From Alphaproteobacteria bacterium (lineage in GTDB: Bacteria > Pseudomonadota > Alphaproteobacteria > GCA-2731375), in the NCBI GenBank assembly GCA_965232515.1, contig CBDDPY010000002.1:6368001-6432000 (forward strand): a stretch of 64,000 bases of DNA, written 5' to 3'. The translations under genes were made by a program, and so were the position numbers. The notes under the pieces were generated by a model. It was not told the origin of the DNA. It saw only the letters and a list, made by a program, of their open reading frames with translations, and made no database searches. Numbering within the stretch: position 1 is the stretch's first letter; every line of letters begins with the position of its first letter. This document shows positions 11,430 through 26,314 of the stretch, one piece after another.

Positions 11430-12293
11430 ATGGCGCCAGGTCTGGGATTTGGGAAGGTGAGCGTGCAGATCACAGCGAAGATCCGTCGCCGTTGGTCGGT
11501 GCCGATCGCGGCCCTGACCGTCGTCTTGCTGATGGCGGGCTGTGAAACGAACGAAGAGCCGGAGTATGTCGAGCGCTCCGTTGAAGAACTCTATAACCAG
11601 GCCATGGACCAGTTGCTGGCCGGCAATGCGGACGAGGCGGCGAAGAATTTCGACGAGGTGGAGCGTCAGCACCCCTATTCCGTCTGGGCCCGCAAGGCCC
11701 AGCTGATGGCGGCCTACGCCTACTATCAGGTCAACGAGTACGACGAGGCCATTCTGGCGGCCGAGCGCTTCCTGCAGCTGCATCCCGGCAACAAGGATGC
11801 GCCCTACGCCCACTACCTGATCGCAATCTCATACTACGAGCAGATTGCCGACGTCGGCCGGGATCAGAAAATCACCCAGCAGGCCCTCAAGGCGCTCGAC
11901 GACGTCGTCGACCGTTATCCCGAATCGGAATATGCGCGCGACGCCCGGCTGAAAATCGATCTGGCGAGCGACCACCTGGCCGGCAAGGAAATGGAAATCG
12001 GCCGCTATTATTTGAAGCGCGGCGAATATGCCGCCGCCATCAACCGGTTCCGCAACGTAATCGAATCCTACCAGACCACGACACACGTGCCGGAAGCGCT
12101 GCATCGTCTGACCGAAGCCTATCTCGCACTCGGCGTGACGACCGAGGCGCAGACCGCCGCCGCCGTGTTGGGCTACAATTATCCGGGCAGCCGCTGGTAC
12201 CAGGACAGCTATGTGCTGTTGACCGGCGAAAACCTCGAGCCGGCCGAAGACCGGGATTCTTGGATCAGCCGGCTTTGGGCCCAGGTGTTCTGA
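11430..12293 (+). CDS. bamD: Outer membrane protein assembly lipoprotein BamD (start uncertain, may be downstream)
   Basis: Lipobox MAGC, FDEVERQHPYS, TPR-like repeats, LAGKEMEIGRYY, EALHRL; upstream of recN. Confidence 0.95.
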   Translation: MAPGLGFGKVSVQITAKIRRRWSVPIAALTVVLLMAGCETNEEPEYVERSVEELYNQAMDQLLAGNADEAAKNFDEVERQHPYSVWARKAQLMAAYAYYQVNEYDEAILAAERFLQLHPGNKDAPYAHYLIAISYYEQIADVGRDQKITQQALKALDDVVDRYPESEYARDARLKIDLASDHLAGKEMEIGRYYLKRGEYAAAINRFRNVIESYQTTTHVPEALHRLTEAYLALGVTTEAQTAAAVLGYNYPGSRWYQDSYVLLTGENLEPAEDRDSWISRLWAQVF

Positions 12294-12302
12294 CGCCGCG
12301 GA

Positions 12303-17680
<5,378 letters not shown>

Positions 17681-17681
<1 letters not shown>

Positions 17682-19495
17682 CAGTCGGCCGACCGGGTCG
17701 CCTTCGCCAGCCAATCCTGGCTGGCAGCATCGATCTGCGGCGACAGGATGGCCCGGACGTCAGCGTGGTAGGCGTTTAGCCAGGCCTTTTCGTCATCGCT
17801 CAGCATGTCGGGTTCGACCAAATTCAGATCGATCGGCGCGAAGGTCAGCGTCTCGAACTTCAGCATCGGGCGTTCGGCGTCCGCCATCTCGTCGGCCGTC
17901 ACCACCGCCACCAGGTTCTCGATGCGGATACCGTAGCCGTCGGTCTTGTAGTAGCCCGGCTCGTTCGAAACGATCATCCCGGGTTTCAGCGCCACGGTAT
18001 TGCCGACCTTCGCCACGCGCTGCGGTCCCTCGTGAACGCCGAGATAGCTGCCGACGCCATGGCCGGTGCCGTGATCGAAGTCGAGGCCCGCCTGCCAAAG
18101 CGCATGCCGGGCCAGCACGTCGATCTGCGATCCGGTCGTGCCCTCGGGAAACCGGCAGGTGGCGATGGCGATGTGGCCTTTCAGCACCCGCGTAAACCGG
18201 TCGCGCATCTCGGCCGTCGGTTCGCCGACGGCGATGGTCCGCGTGATATCGGTCGTGCCGTCGAGATACTGCGCGCCGGAGTCGACGAGGTAGAGGGTGC
18301 CCGGTTCCAGCTTGCGGTTGCTCTCGGGCGTCACGCGGTAGTGCACGATCGCGCCGTTCGGACCGGCGCCCGAGATGGTATCGAAGCTGAGGTCGCGGAA
18401 CAGGTCGTTCTCGGCCCGCAGGCCGGCCAAATGGTCGGCGGCGGCGATCTCGTCAATCGCGCCGCCGGCCGCGTTTTCGTCCAGCCATTGCAGAAAACGC
18501 GTGACGGCGGCGCCGTCGCGCCGGTGGGCGGCGCGGGTGCCGTTCAGCTCGGTTTCGTTCTTGCAGGCCTTCGGCAATTGGCAGGGGTCGGCCCCGCGCA
18601 CGATCTTGGCGCCCGCCTTGTCCAGCCGATCGAATACCCAGTTTGCCGACACCGCCGGATCCGCCAGCACGGTCTTGCCGTCCTGACCCAGCTTGTCGAG
18701 CGCCGGGCCGAAGCTGTCCGGCGTCTGGATCGCCACTTCGTTGCCGAGATGGGCGTCCAGGCCCTCGCTGCGTTTGGCGCCGTCGAGGAAGAAGTCGACC
18801 TGGGCGTCAGCGTGCAACACAGCCAGCGACAGCGGCAGCGGCGTGTGCGACACGTCATCGCCACGTACGTTCAGCAGCCAGGCGATGGAATCGCTGGCGG
18901 TGACGACGGCGGCATCGATGCCGTCCTTGCGCAGCTGTTCGGCCAGTTGCGCCCGCTTCTCGGCAGATGGTTGGCCCGAATAGGCGACGTCGTGGGGTAC
19001 CACCGGCGCCATTGGGGCCGGCGGCTGGTCTGTCCAGATAACGTCGATTGGATTGCCGTCCACCGGCGTCAGCGCGCCGCCGGCCTTCTCGGCCGCCTCG
19101 GCGAACCGGCGGACGCCGTCGGCCGTGAACAGCCAGGGGTCGTAGCCCAGCTTGGCGCCGGCCGGCAGATGCTCGCCGATCCAGTCGGTTGCCGGCGCGT
19201 CGACAATGTGCCTGAGGTCGTAGAGATCGCCATCGACCTGGTCGGCGACCTGCAGCGTATAGCGCCCGTCGGTGAATACGGCCGCGCGTTCGGTTAGCAC
19301 GACGACGAGGCCGGCGGAGCCGGTGAAGCCCGTTAACCATTCGATGCGTTTCGCCCGCAGCGGCACGTATTCGTTCTGGTACTCGTCCGCCATCGGCACC
19401 AGAAAGCCGTCCAGGCCGCGGCGTTCAAGCTCGGCCCGCAAATCTCGCAGCCGGTCGGCGCTAATGGTCTGCTTGGGTACTGCCTGGGCGGTCAT
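17681..19495 (-). CDS. pepP: Xaa-Pro aminopeptidase (M24B)
   Basis: TGFTGSAG, DSGAQYLDGTTDITRT, HGTGHGVG..VHEGP, SNEPGYY, GIRIEN. Confidence 0.93.
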
Positions 19496-19700
19496 GCTGG
19501 TGGTGTCTCCGTCGTTGATAAGGCGCGGGCCGCGATTATGCCCAGGCCTGGCCGTCCGCCGCAATCGGCCCATGCATCGGCCGCAATGCTGCACTGCAAA
19601 ATAAGAAAAAGACAGTGGGGCTCTACCGACCCATATAGCGGTCTGAGAGTGGGATAACAGCCACGCGCGGCCCCATGGGCCAGTTTGACGGTACAGTAAG

Positions 19701-20201
19701 ATGACGACACAAAAGACGCTCGAAACCCGGTATCCCCAACTTAGGGACACTGATGTTCAGGCCGTGCTCGCGACCGCCCGCAAGGTCCGGGCCGAGACGG
19801 CGGAACGATATCTGCGCGACGGTGGCCGTTTCCTGATCGAGGTGATTGGCGGACTGTTCGGTGGTCTCGCCAAGCTGATCAGGCAGCGCGCCGCCATTCG
19901 TGAGCTGCAGCAGCTTGATGACCACATGCTGGCCGATATCGGCCTCAGCCGGTCGCAGATTACGGCTGCCGCCACCGGTCGCCTTCCGCATCCGCGCCTG
20001 TTGCAGGATGCCGGTCGGATCGTGAGCCGCTTCGCCCATCGGCTGGCTGATTGGGAGCGTGCGAACCACGCGAACGATTATCTCCGCCGGATGGACGATC
20101 GGTTGCTGGCCGATATCGGGCTGACCCGGGGTGATATCCGGCTTGCCGAGGGCAGCGACGGCACCGAGCCGGCCAAGCGCCGCGATCGGGACGCTGCCTA
20201 A
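19701..20201 (+). CDS. Protein with two DUF1127 (YjiS-like) domains
   Basis: ELQQLDDHMLADIGLSR and LRRMDDRLLADIGLTR repeats. Confidence 0.85.
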   Translation: MTTQKTLETRYPQLRDTDVQAVLATARKVRAETAERYLRDGGRFLIEVIGGLFGGLAKLIRQRAAIRELQQLDDHMLADIGLSRSQITAAATGRLPHPRLLQDAGRIVSRFAHRLADWERANHANDYLRRMDDRLLADIGLTRGDIRLAEGSDGTEPAKRRDRDAA

Positions 20202-21082
20202 GACAACTTACGCCGGCGCAACGCCAGGGTTGGCCAGTCGCCCAGCGTGATCCGACGCCAAAACGAGAATCCAAAGGAGCGGTAGGCCGAAAGGACCTGC
20301 CGCTCCTGGCTTTTCAGCAACCCGCTCAGGACGATGTAGGCATCCGGGTCGGCCACGGCCGAGACAGTCGGCGCCAATCGGACCAGCGGCCGCGCCAGGA
20401 TATTGGCGACGATCAGGTCGTGCGTCCGGCCGCGCCGCGGTGCGATGCCGTCCGCCGCGAACGTTCTGACCAGCCGGCCAACGCCGTTCCGGCGGGCATT
20501 CTCTTGCGCGGTTGCCACCGCAATCGGGTCGATATCGCCGGCCTCAACAGGCCGTCGCCAGCAACGGGCCATGGCGATCGCCAGAACGCCCGAGCCGCAG
20601 CCCAGATCGAGGCACTGACGATAGCGCGCGCGGCGGGCCAGCCGGTCCAGCATCAGCAGGCAACCCCGCGTGGTCTCGTGCTGGCCGGTGCCGAACGCAC
20701 GTCCGGCCTCGAGCTCGATGGCGATCGCGCCGTGCGGCGCCGTGCCGCGGTCGTGCCGGCCGTGGACGTAGAACCGGCCGGCCGCGATCGGCGGCAGCGC
20801 TTCCTGCGACCGCGAGACCCAATCGACATCCGGCACGGCCGTCAGGCGCAGTTCCGGCGGCGGCATGTCCCGCGCCGCGGCGATGGCGCAGGCGCGTGAG
20901 TTGAGCGCGACGACGTCGGGCGGCTCGACGAACCAGGCATCGATTTGCCACAGATCGCCGTCACCGGTTTCGAACGACGACAGGCCGGCCGCCGTGTCGA
21001 CGGCGGCCTCGAATGCTTCGGCCGCGGATTTCGGTACGATCAGGCTGACCTGCCAGGACGGCTGAGGCAGCAATTTGTTCAT
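20198..21082 (-). CDS. prmA: Ribosomal protein L11 methyltransferase
   Basis: AFGTGQHETT, LDLGCGSGVL, DIDP, ANILA, LSGLL. Confidence 0.92.
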   Translation of the reverse strand: MNKLLPQPSWQVSLIVPKSAAEAFEAAVDTAAGLSSFETGDGDLWQIDAWFVEPPDVVALNSRACAIAAARDMPPPELRLTAVPDVDWVSRSQEALPPIAAGRFYVHGRHDRGTAPHGAIAIELEAGRAFGTGQHETTRGCLLMLDRLARRARYRQCLDLGCGSGVLAIAMARCWRRPVEAGDIDPIAVATAQENARRNGVGRLVRTFAADGIAPRRGRTHDLIVANILARPLVRLAPTVSAVADPDAYIVLSGLLKSQERQVLSAYRSFGFSFWRRITLGDWPTLALRRRKLS

Positions 21083-22032
21083 GCCGCGCCGCCGCGCGGC
21101 GTAATCGCAGTCTCGATGAAAACCTGTTCGTCGGTCGCGCGCCCCTCGACCTGACCGCGCCAAGTCAGCCGCAGGATCGACCGCAGCACCAGGCCGGTCT
21201 CCAGATCATAAACCGCGTGGCCGGCGATCTGCAGTGTCATACGGTCAGATCCGTTCACGAACAGCATCCCACCGTCGTAGACGGCGAGCAGCGCCGCGCG
21301 GTCGGCGTAGCGCGTCGGCCCGGCGACGCGGGTGCGGATGTCGTCGCGTTCGACCTTGGCCGAGGTTCGCGCCGTCAGGCGTCGCACGGCTGACGGCGGG
21401 CCAAGATTATCGCCTGCCGCGACGGTATTCGCCGGTAACGGCGCGGCCAGATAGCGCAGGCTGTCGGCCAGTGTCTCGTATTCTGCGTCGCCGCGCGCGG
21501 GCAGGGCGGTCCCACGCGCACGCAGGGCCGGAAAATCCAGCACCACGCCACGGACGGCGCCGGTCTCTGTCGTTGTCATCCGTCCGGCCGCGAGTGGTGG
21601 CCGCAGCGCCGACAGGCGGCGTCGGCGGTCCTCGAAGGTCAGGATCGACAGGTCCCACAGCACGTCGGCGCCGACCCGAACGGCCTTTCCCAGACCCTGC
21701 AGGCTGTAGTCGTTGCGGCTGCCCGTGACCCGGACCGACATGGCGAACTCGTTCGGCGCGACGAAATGCAGCCGTACCGGCTTTGCCGCCTCGTCGACCG
21801 GACCGGCGTAACCGCCGAGCCTGTTGTCGACATCCGGCTGGTCGCCGCGGCCAAACGCCATCTCCGGCAGCAAATCACTGGCGGCATAAGCGTCGCCGTC
21901 GCCGGACGGCAGGCTCAGGTCCGGAAGCGACATGTCCTTGAATGGATTCAGGCTGTCGAGATCGGTGCTTTCGCACCCCGACAGCAGGCAGCCGCCGATG
22001 ACGACGGCCTTAAGGCCCCACCGATTGCTCAT
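21079..22032 (-). CDS. Hypothetical lipoprotein
   Basis: MSNRWGLKAVVIGGCLLSGC lipobox; 4-nt overlaps with both uvrD and prmA. Confidence 0.75.
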   Translation of the reverse strand: MSNRWGLKAVVIGGCLLSGCESTDLDSLNPFKDMSLPDLSLPSGDGDAYAASDLLPEMAFGRGDQPDVDNRLGGYAGPVDEAAKPVRLHFVAPNEFAMSVRVTGSRNDYSLQGLGKAVRVGADVLWDLSILTFEDRRRRLSALRPPLAAGRMTTTETGAVRGVVLDFPALRARGTALPARGDAEYETLADSLRYLAAPLPANTVAAGDNLGPPSAVRRLTARTSAKVERDDIRTRVAGPTRYADRAALLAVYDGGMLFVNGSDRMTLQIAGHAVYDLETGLVLRSILRLTWRGQVEGRATDEQVFIETAITPRGGAA

Positions 22033-24317
22033 ACGCGCTCGACGAAGGAATCGATGACTTTCTTGCTGCCGGCCTTGTCGAAATCGATCTGCAGCTTGTT
22101 GCCCTCGATCGTCTTGATGTGGCCGTAGCCGAACTTCATGTGAAAGACCCGGTCGCCAACGACGAAGCTGCTGGCGTCGGGGTCGCTGGTCACCAGCGTT
22201 TCCGCATGACCCTCGATATAGCCGGGACCGCCGCGGCCGGCTTGCGCCCGCATGCGGTTGCTGCGCCCGCCCCAGTAGCCGTCGGCGAACGCGCCCTGCA
22301 TGGCGACGAAGCCGCCGTCCGACAAGCCCTGGTCGGCGCTGCGCTCGACATGCTGCTCGGGGATCTCGCCGATGAACCGTGAGGGCAGGGCGTTCTGCCA
22401 GCGGTCGAACACTCGGCGGTTGGCGGCATAGGTGACGACGGCGCGTTTGCGGGCGCGGGTCAGGCCCACATAGGCAAGGCGGCGTTCTTCTTCCAGGCCG
22501 GCATTGCCGGATTCGTCGAGGGCGCGCTGGTGCGGGAAAATGCCTTCCTCCCACCCCGGCAGGAACACCGAGTCGAACTCCAGCCCCTTTGCGCCGTGCA
22601 ACGTCATCACGTTGACGGCATCGTCGGCCGCGGCCGTCTCGTTCTCGTTCACCAGACTGACATGCTCCAGGAAGCCTGCCAGGTTCTCGAACTGGCCGAG
22701 CGCGTGGATCAGTTCCTTTAAGTTCTCGAGTTTCGATGGCGCGTTCGCCGACTTGTCCTGCTGCCACATCTCCGTGTAGCCGCTCTCGTCCAGGATGGTC
22801 TCGACCAGTTCGGGGTGTGGCATGCCGTCCAGCAGGCCGCGCCAGCGGTCGAAGCTCATCATCAGATCGAGCAGGCTCTTGCGCGCCCGCGGCTTCAGGT
22901 CCTCGGTTTGGGTCAGCAGTTGCGCCGCCGCGGTCAATGGGATGCCCTGGCTGCGGGCGGCGTGGTGCAGCGCCTGCAGCGTCGCGTTGCCGAGGCCCCG
23001 CTTCGGCTTGTTGACGATGCGCTCGAAGGCGAGATCGTCGGCCGGCTGCGCGATCACCCGGCAATAGGCGATGGCGTCGCGGATCTCCTCGCGTTCGTAG
23101 AACCGGAAGCCGCCGATCAGACGATAAGGAACGCCAAGCGTGATGAAGCGTTCCTCGAACTCGCGGGTCTGAAAGCTGGCCCGCACCAAGATCGCGATGT
23201 CGTTCAGCGGATGCTCGTCGCGCTGCAGCGCCTCGATCTCGTCGCCGACGACGCGGGCTTCTTCCTCGCCGTCCCAGACGCCGCGTATCGTGATGGTCTC
23301 GCCGCCCAGCGCCTCGGTCCACAGCGTCTTGCCGAGCCGATCCTGGTTATGCGCGATCAATCCGGAGGCCGCGCCCAGAATGTGCGTCGTCGAGCGGTAG
23401 TTGCGCTCCAGCCGGATGACCTTGGCGCCCGGGAAGTCGGTCTCGAAGCGCAGGATGTTGCCGACCTCGGCCCCGCGCCAGGAATAGATCGATTGGTCGT
23501 CGTCGCCGACGCAGCAAATGTTCTTGTGCTTCTGCGCCAACAGCCGCAGCAGCAGGTACTGCAGCACGTTGGTGTCCTGATACTCGTCGACCAGGATGTA
23601 GCGGAACTGATCCTGGAACCGCTCCAGCACCTCCGGGTTTTCGGTGAAGATGGTCAGGCAGTGCAGCAGCAGGTCGCCGAAGTCGCAGGCGTTCAGCGTC
23701 CGCAGGCGTTCCTGATAGGCCTTGTAGAGCTCGGCGCCGCGGCCGTTGGCAAACGCCTCGGCGTCGTGCGGCGGCACCTTGTCGGGCGTCAGGCCCTTGT
23801 CCTTCCAGCGGTCGATGACGGCGGCCAGCATCCGCGGCGGCCAGCGCTTCTGGTCGATATCCGCCGCTTCCAGCAGCTGCTTTATCAGACGCTGCTGGTC
23901 GTCCGGGTCGAGAATCGTGAAGTTCGACTTCAGGCCGACCAGCTCGGCATGCCGCCGCAACACCCGCACCCCGATCGAATGGAACGTGCCGAGCCAGATG
24001 CCCTCGACCGCTCGGCCGACCAGGGCGGCCACCCGTTCCTGCATCTCCCGTGCCGCTTTATTGGTGAACGTTACGGCCAGGATCTGGCTGGGCCAGGCCC
24101 GCCTGAGGTGCAGGATATGCGCCAGCCGCGTCGTCAGCACCCGCGTCTTGCCGGTGCCGGCCCCGGCCAGCACCAGAACCGGACCATCGACGGCCTCGAC
24201 GGCCGCGCGCTGCTCCTCGTTCAGCGCGGTGACATAGGGCGCCGGTGCCAGCGCGACATCCTGCGATGCCGGCGCGGCCGGTTCCTCGACACTGCCAAGA
24301 TCGAATGGGTCGGACAT
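22029..24317 (-). CDS. uvrD: SF1 DNA helicase UvrD/PcrA
   Basis: AGAGTGKT, TFTNKAA, DEYQDTN, GDDDQSIY, NYRS, HGAKGLEF, EERRLAYV; C-terminal Tudor-like domain. Confidence 0.95.
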   Translation of the reverse strand: MSDPFDLGSVEEPAAPASQDVALAPAPYVTALNEEQRAAVEAVDGPVLVLAGAGTGKTRVLTTRLAHILHLRRAWPSQILAVTFTNKAAREMQERVAALVGRAVEGIWLGTFHSIGVRVLRRHAELVGLKSNFTILDPDDQQRLIKQLLEAADIDQKRWPPRMLAAVIDRWKDKGLTPDKVPPHDAEAFANGRGAELYKAYQERLRTLNACDFGDLLLHCLTIFTENPEVLERFQDQFRYILVDEYQDTNVLQYLLLRLLAQKHKNICCVGDDDQSIYSWRGAEVGNILRFETDFPGAKVIRLERNYRSTTHILGAASGLIAHNQDRLGKTLWTEALGGETITIRGVWDGEEEARVVGDEIEALQRDEHPLNDIAILVRASFQTREFEERFITLGVPYRLIGGFRFYEREEIRDAIAYCRVIAQPADDLAFERIVNKPKRGLGNATLQALHHAARSQGIPLTAAAQLLTQTEDLKPRARKSLLDLMMSFDRWRGLLDGMPHPELVETILDESGYTEMWQQDKSANAPSKLENLKELIHALGQFENLAGFLEHVSLVNENETAAADDAVNVMTLHGAKGLEFDSVFLPGWEEGIFPHQRALDESGNAGLEEERRLAYVGLTRARKRAVVTYAANRRVFDRWQNALPSRFIGEIPEQHVERSADQGLSDGGFVAMQGAFADGYWGGRSNRMRAQAGRGGPGYIEGHAETLVTSDPDASSFVVGDRVFHMKFGYGHIKTIEGNKLQIDFDKAGSKKVIDSFVERV

Positions 24318-24357
24318 GACTAAGACGCTATATAGCACGGCCGGCGCGGCGTGCGAC

Positions 24358-24372
24358 GTTCGGTTTTCGTTC
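24358..24372. promoter_or_regulatory. Alphaproteobacterial LexA (SOS) box GTTC-N7-GTTC upstream of uvrD
   Basis: GTTC-GGTTTTC-GTTC, 40 nt upstream of the uvrD ATG. Confidence 0.7.
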
Positions 24373-25267
24373 AATCATTTCGCCGGCCCAGAAGGCGCGG
24401 TTCGCAGGCCCGAAATTCGCGTTTGATCCAGTCGGCCACCTGTCGCACCCAGGGCAAACGCGCCAGATCCCGGTGCACGATCAGCCAGTAGTCGGCGAGC
24501 AGATCGTCGATCGGTGCGCTCACCCGCATCATCCGGCGATCCGCGTCGCCGAAATAGCAGGGCAGGATGCCGAGGCCGGCGCCGGCCGCGACCGCGTCGC
24601 GAATCAGGTTGGTTTGCGACAGCCGCACGGCGACAGGTTTGCCGCCGAGGCGCTCGGCCAGCCAGCGTTCCGAATAGTAGTGCGCCTGCGCCTCGCTGAA
24701 TGCGATCCAGTCGCAGGTTTCGTATCGGGCTTCGGTCGCCGACGCCGGGTGCCGCTCGACATAGTCGCGGCCGCCATAGATGGCGCTCGCCATGTAGCCG
24801 ATTTTCGCGGTGACAAAATCGCCCGTGACCGGCAAGCCGTGGCGCACGGCGATGTCGGCGTCATAGCGCGCGAGGCTGCTGGTGCGCTCGGAGACCGTGA
24901 TCTCCACGTCGATGCCCGGCAGGTCCCGGCGCAGAACGGCGAGCCGATCGGCCAGGAACAGGGAGGTCCATTCGCTGACGGACAGTCGGACGTTTCCCGT
25001 CGCCTCATCGGCCAAGCCGTGGCGTTTGCGGTTCAGGTCGCCGGCGGCCGTTGCCATCGCTTCCGCCGCCGGCAGCAGTTCGGCCCCAGCGCTGGTCAAC
25101 CTGTGGCCGTCGCGCCTGCGTTCGAACAGCGGCAGCCCCAGGGAAGCTTCGAGCGCCTGCAGGCGTCGGCCGACGGTTGGCTGACTGACGCCAAGCTCGC
25201 GCGCCGCCGACCGCAGGCTGCCGCTGCGGGCCACCGTCAGAAAAGTCCGGACATCGCTCCATTCCAT
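24371..25267 (-). CDS. LysR-family transcriptional regulator
   Basis: WSDVRTFLTVARSGSLRSAARELGVSQPTVGRR HTH; divergent from DMT transporter. Confidence 0.92.
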   Translation of the reverse strand: MEWSDVRTFLTVARSGSLRSAARELGVSQPTVGRRLQALEASLGLPLFERRRDGHRLTSAGAELLPAAEAMATAAGDLNRKRHGLADEATGNVRLSVSEWTSLFLADRLAVLRRDLPGIDVEITVSERTSSLARYDADIAVRHGLPVTGDFVTAKIGYMASAIYGGRDYVERHPASATEARYETCDWIAFSEAQAHYYSERWLAERLGGKPVAVRLSQTNLIRDAVAAGAGLGILPCYFGDADRRMMRVSAPIDDLLADYWLIVHRDLARLPWVRQVADWIKREFRACEPRLLGRRND

Positions 25268-25384
25268 GACGATGCCTCCACGTGAAACAAATTTGTATCG
25301 TAACGTACCAAATTAGGCGATATCGACACGAATTTTTGCCATCTAGATTGCGCTGACGCGAGGACGACGACAGCGGAGGCTTGG

Positions 25385-26311
25385 ATGATGAACGTCACGA
25401 AAGGCGGAATGGTGACGCTGGCGGCAGTGGGTTCCTGGGCCCTGCTGCTGGTGGTCAGCCGGGCGCTGCTGCTGGCTTGGGACCTCGATCCCTGGGCGTT
25501 CAGCTTCATCCAGCTCATCAGCGGCGGTCTGTTCCTGCTGTTGCTGTCCTCCGGCGGCTCGGCGCCGGTGTCGGCCCTGCGTCGCCTGGACACCTGGATC
25601 TTCGGCGGATTGCGGGTGTTGACCGCGTCCGCCTTCACCGCCGCGCTTGTGCATGTCAGCGTCCTGCAGGTGGGCCTGCTCGGCGTCATGAACGTGCCGA
25701 TGGCGGCGTTGGCGGTCTGGTTCGTCTTCGGCCGCGTGCCCGGGCGTCGCGAGTTGCCGGGCCATCTTGCGATCCTGACCGGCATCGCCCTGTTGATCGC
25801 CCGGCTGGACGGCGGTCTCGCCAATCCGGCGGTCTGGCTGATCGTGATTTCCGAGATCGCCGTGGTCGCCTCCAGCCTGATCGCCGAGGCGCACCCCAAC
25901 AATCAGGGGGACGGCCTGCGGGCGCGCCTGCGCTTTACCGGCCTGACACTGGTCGTAACGGCGCTGATCTTCCTTGTCGTCCGCGCCGGCCAATCGGTGT
26001 TGACCGGCGACGGCGGCGCGCTCGGCCTGGACGGGCTGACGTCACCGTCGCTGTGGCTCGCCGGCCTCGTCGTCGGCGTCGCCTTGCGGGGACCGTCGAT
26101 GTACCTGACCTTCTGGTCGATCAACGCCGTCGGCACGCACAACTATCTCGCCGCCGTGGCGTTCCTGCCGTTGGTGGGCCAGGCCTTCGAATATCTGCTG
26201 GCGCTCGGCGGCTGGCTGCCGATGCCGGCCGTCGACGTCTATGACGTCGGCCTGATCGCTGCCATCATCGGCGGCGCCTGTCTGATCCTGCGGTTAAGAA
26301 GGGCCGGCTAG
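25385..26311 (+). CDS. EamA/DMT-like multi-pass membrane transporter
   Basis: About 10 hydrophobic segments in two halves; divergent from LysR. Confidence 0.7.
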   Translation: MMNVTKGGMVTLAAVGSWALLLVVSRALLLAWDLDPWAFSFIQLISGGLFLLLLSSGGSAPVSALRRLDTWIFGGLRVLTASAFTAALVHVSVLQVGLLGVMNVPMAALAVWFVFGRVPGRRELPGHLAILTGIALLIARLDGGLANPAVWLIVISEIAVVASSLIAEAHPNNQGDGLRARLRFTGLTLVVTALIFLVVRAGQSVLTGDGGALGLDGLTSPSLWLAGLVVGVALRGPSMYLTFWSINAVGTHNYLAAVAFLPLVGQAFEYLLALGGWLPMPAVDVYDVGLIAAIIGGACLILRLRRAG

Positions 26312-26314
26312 CGC

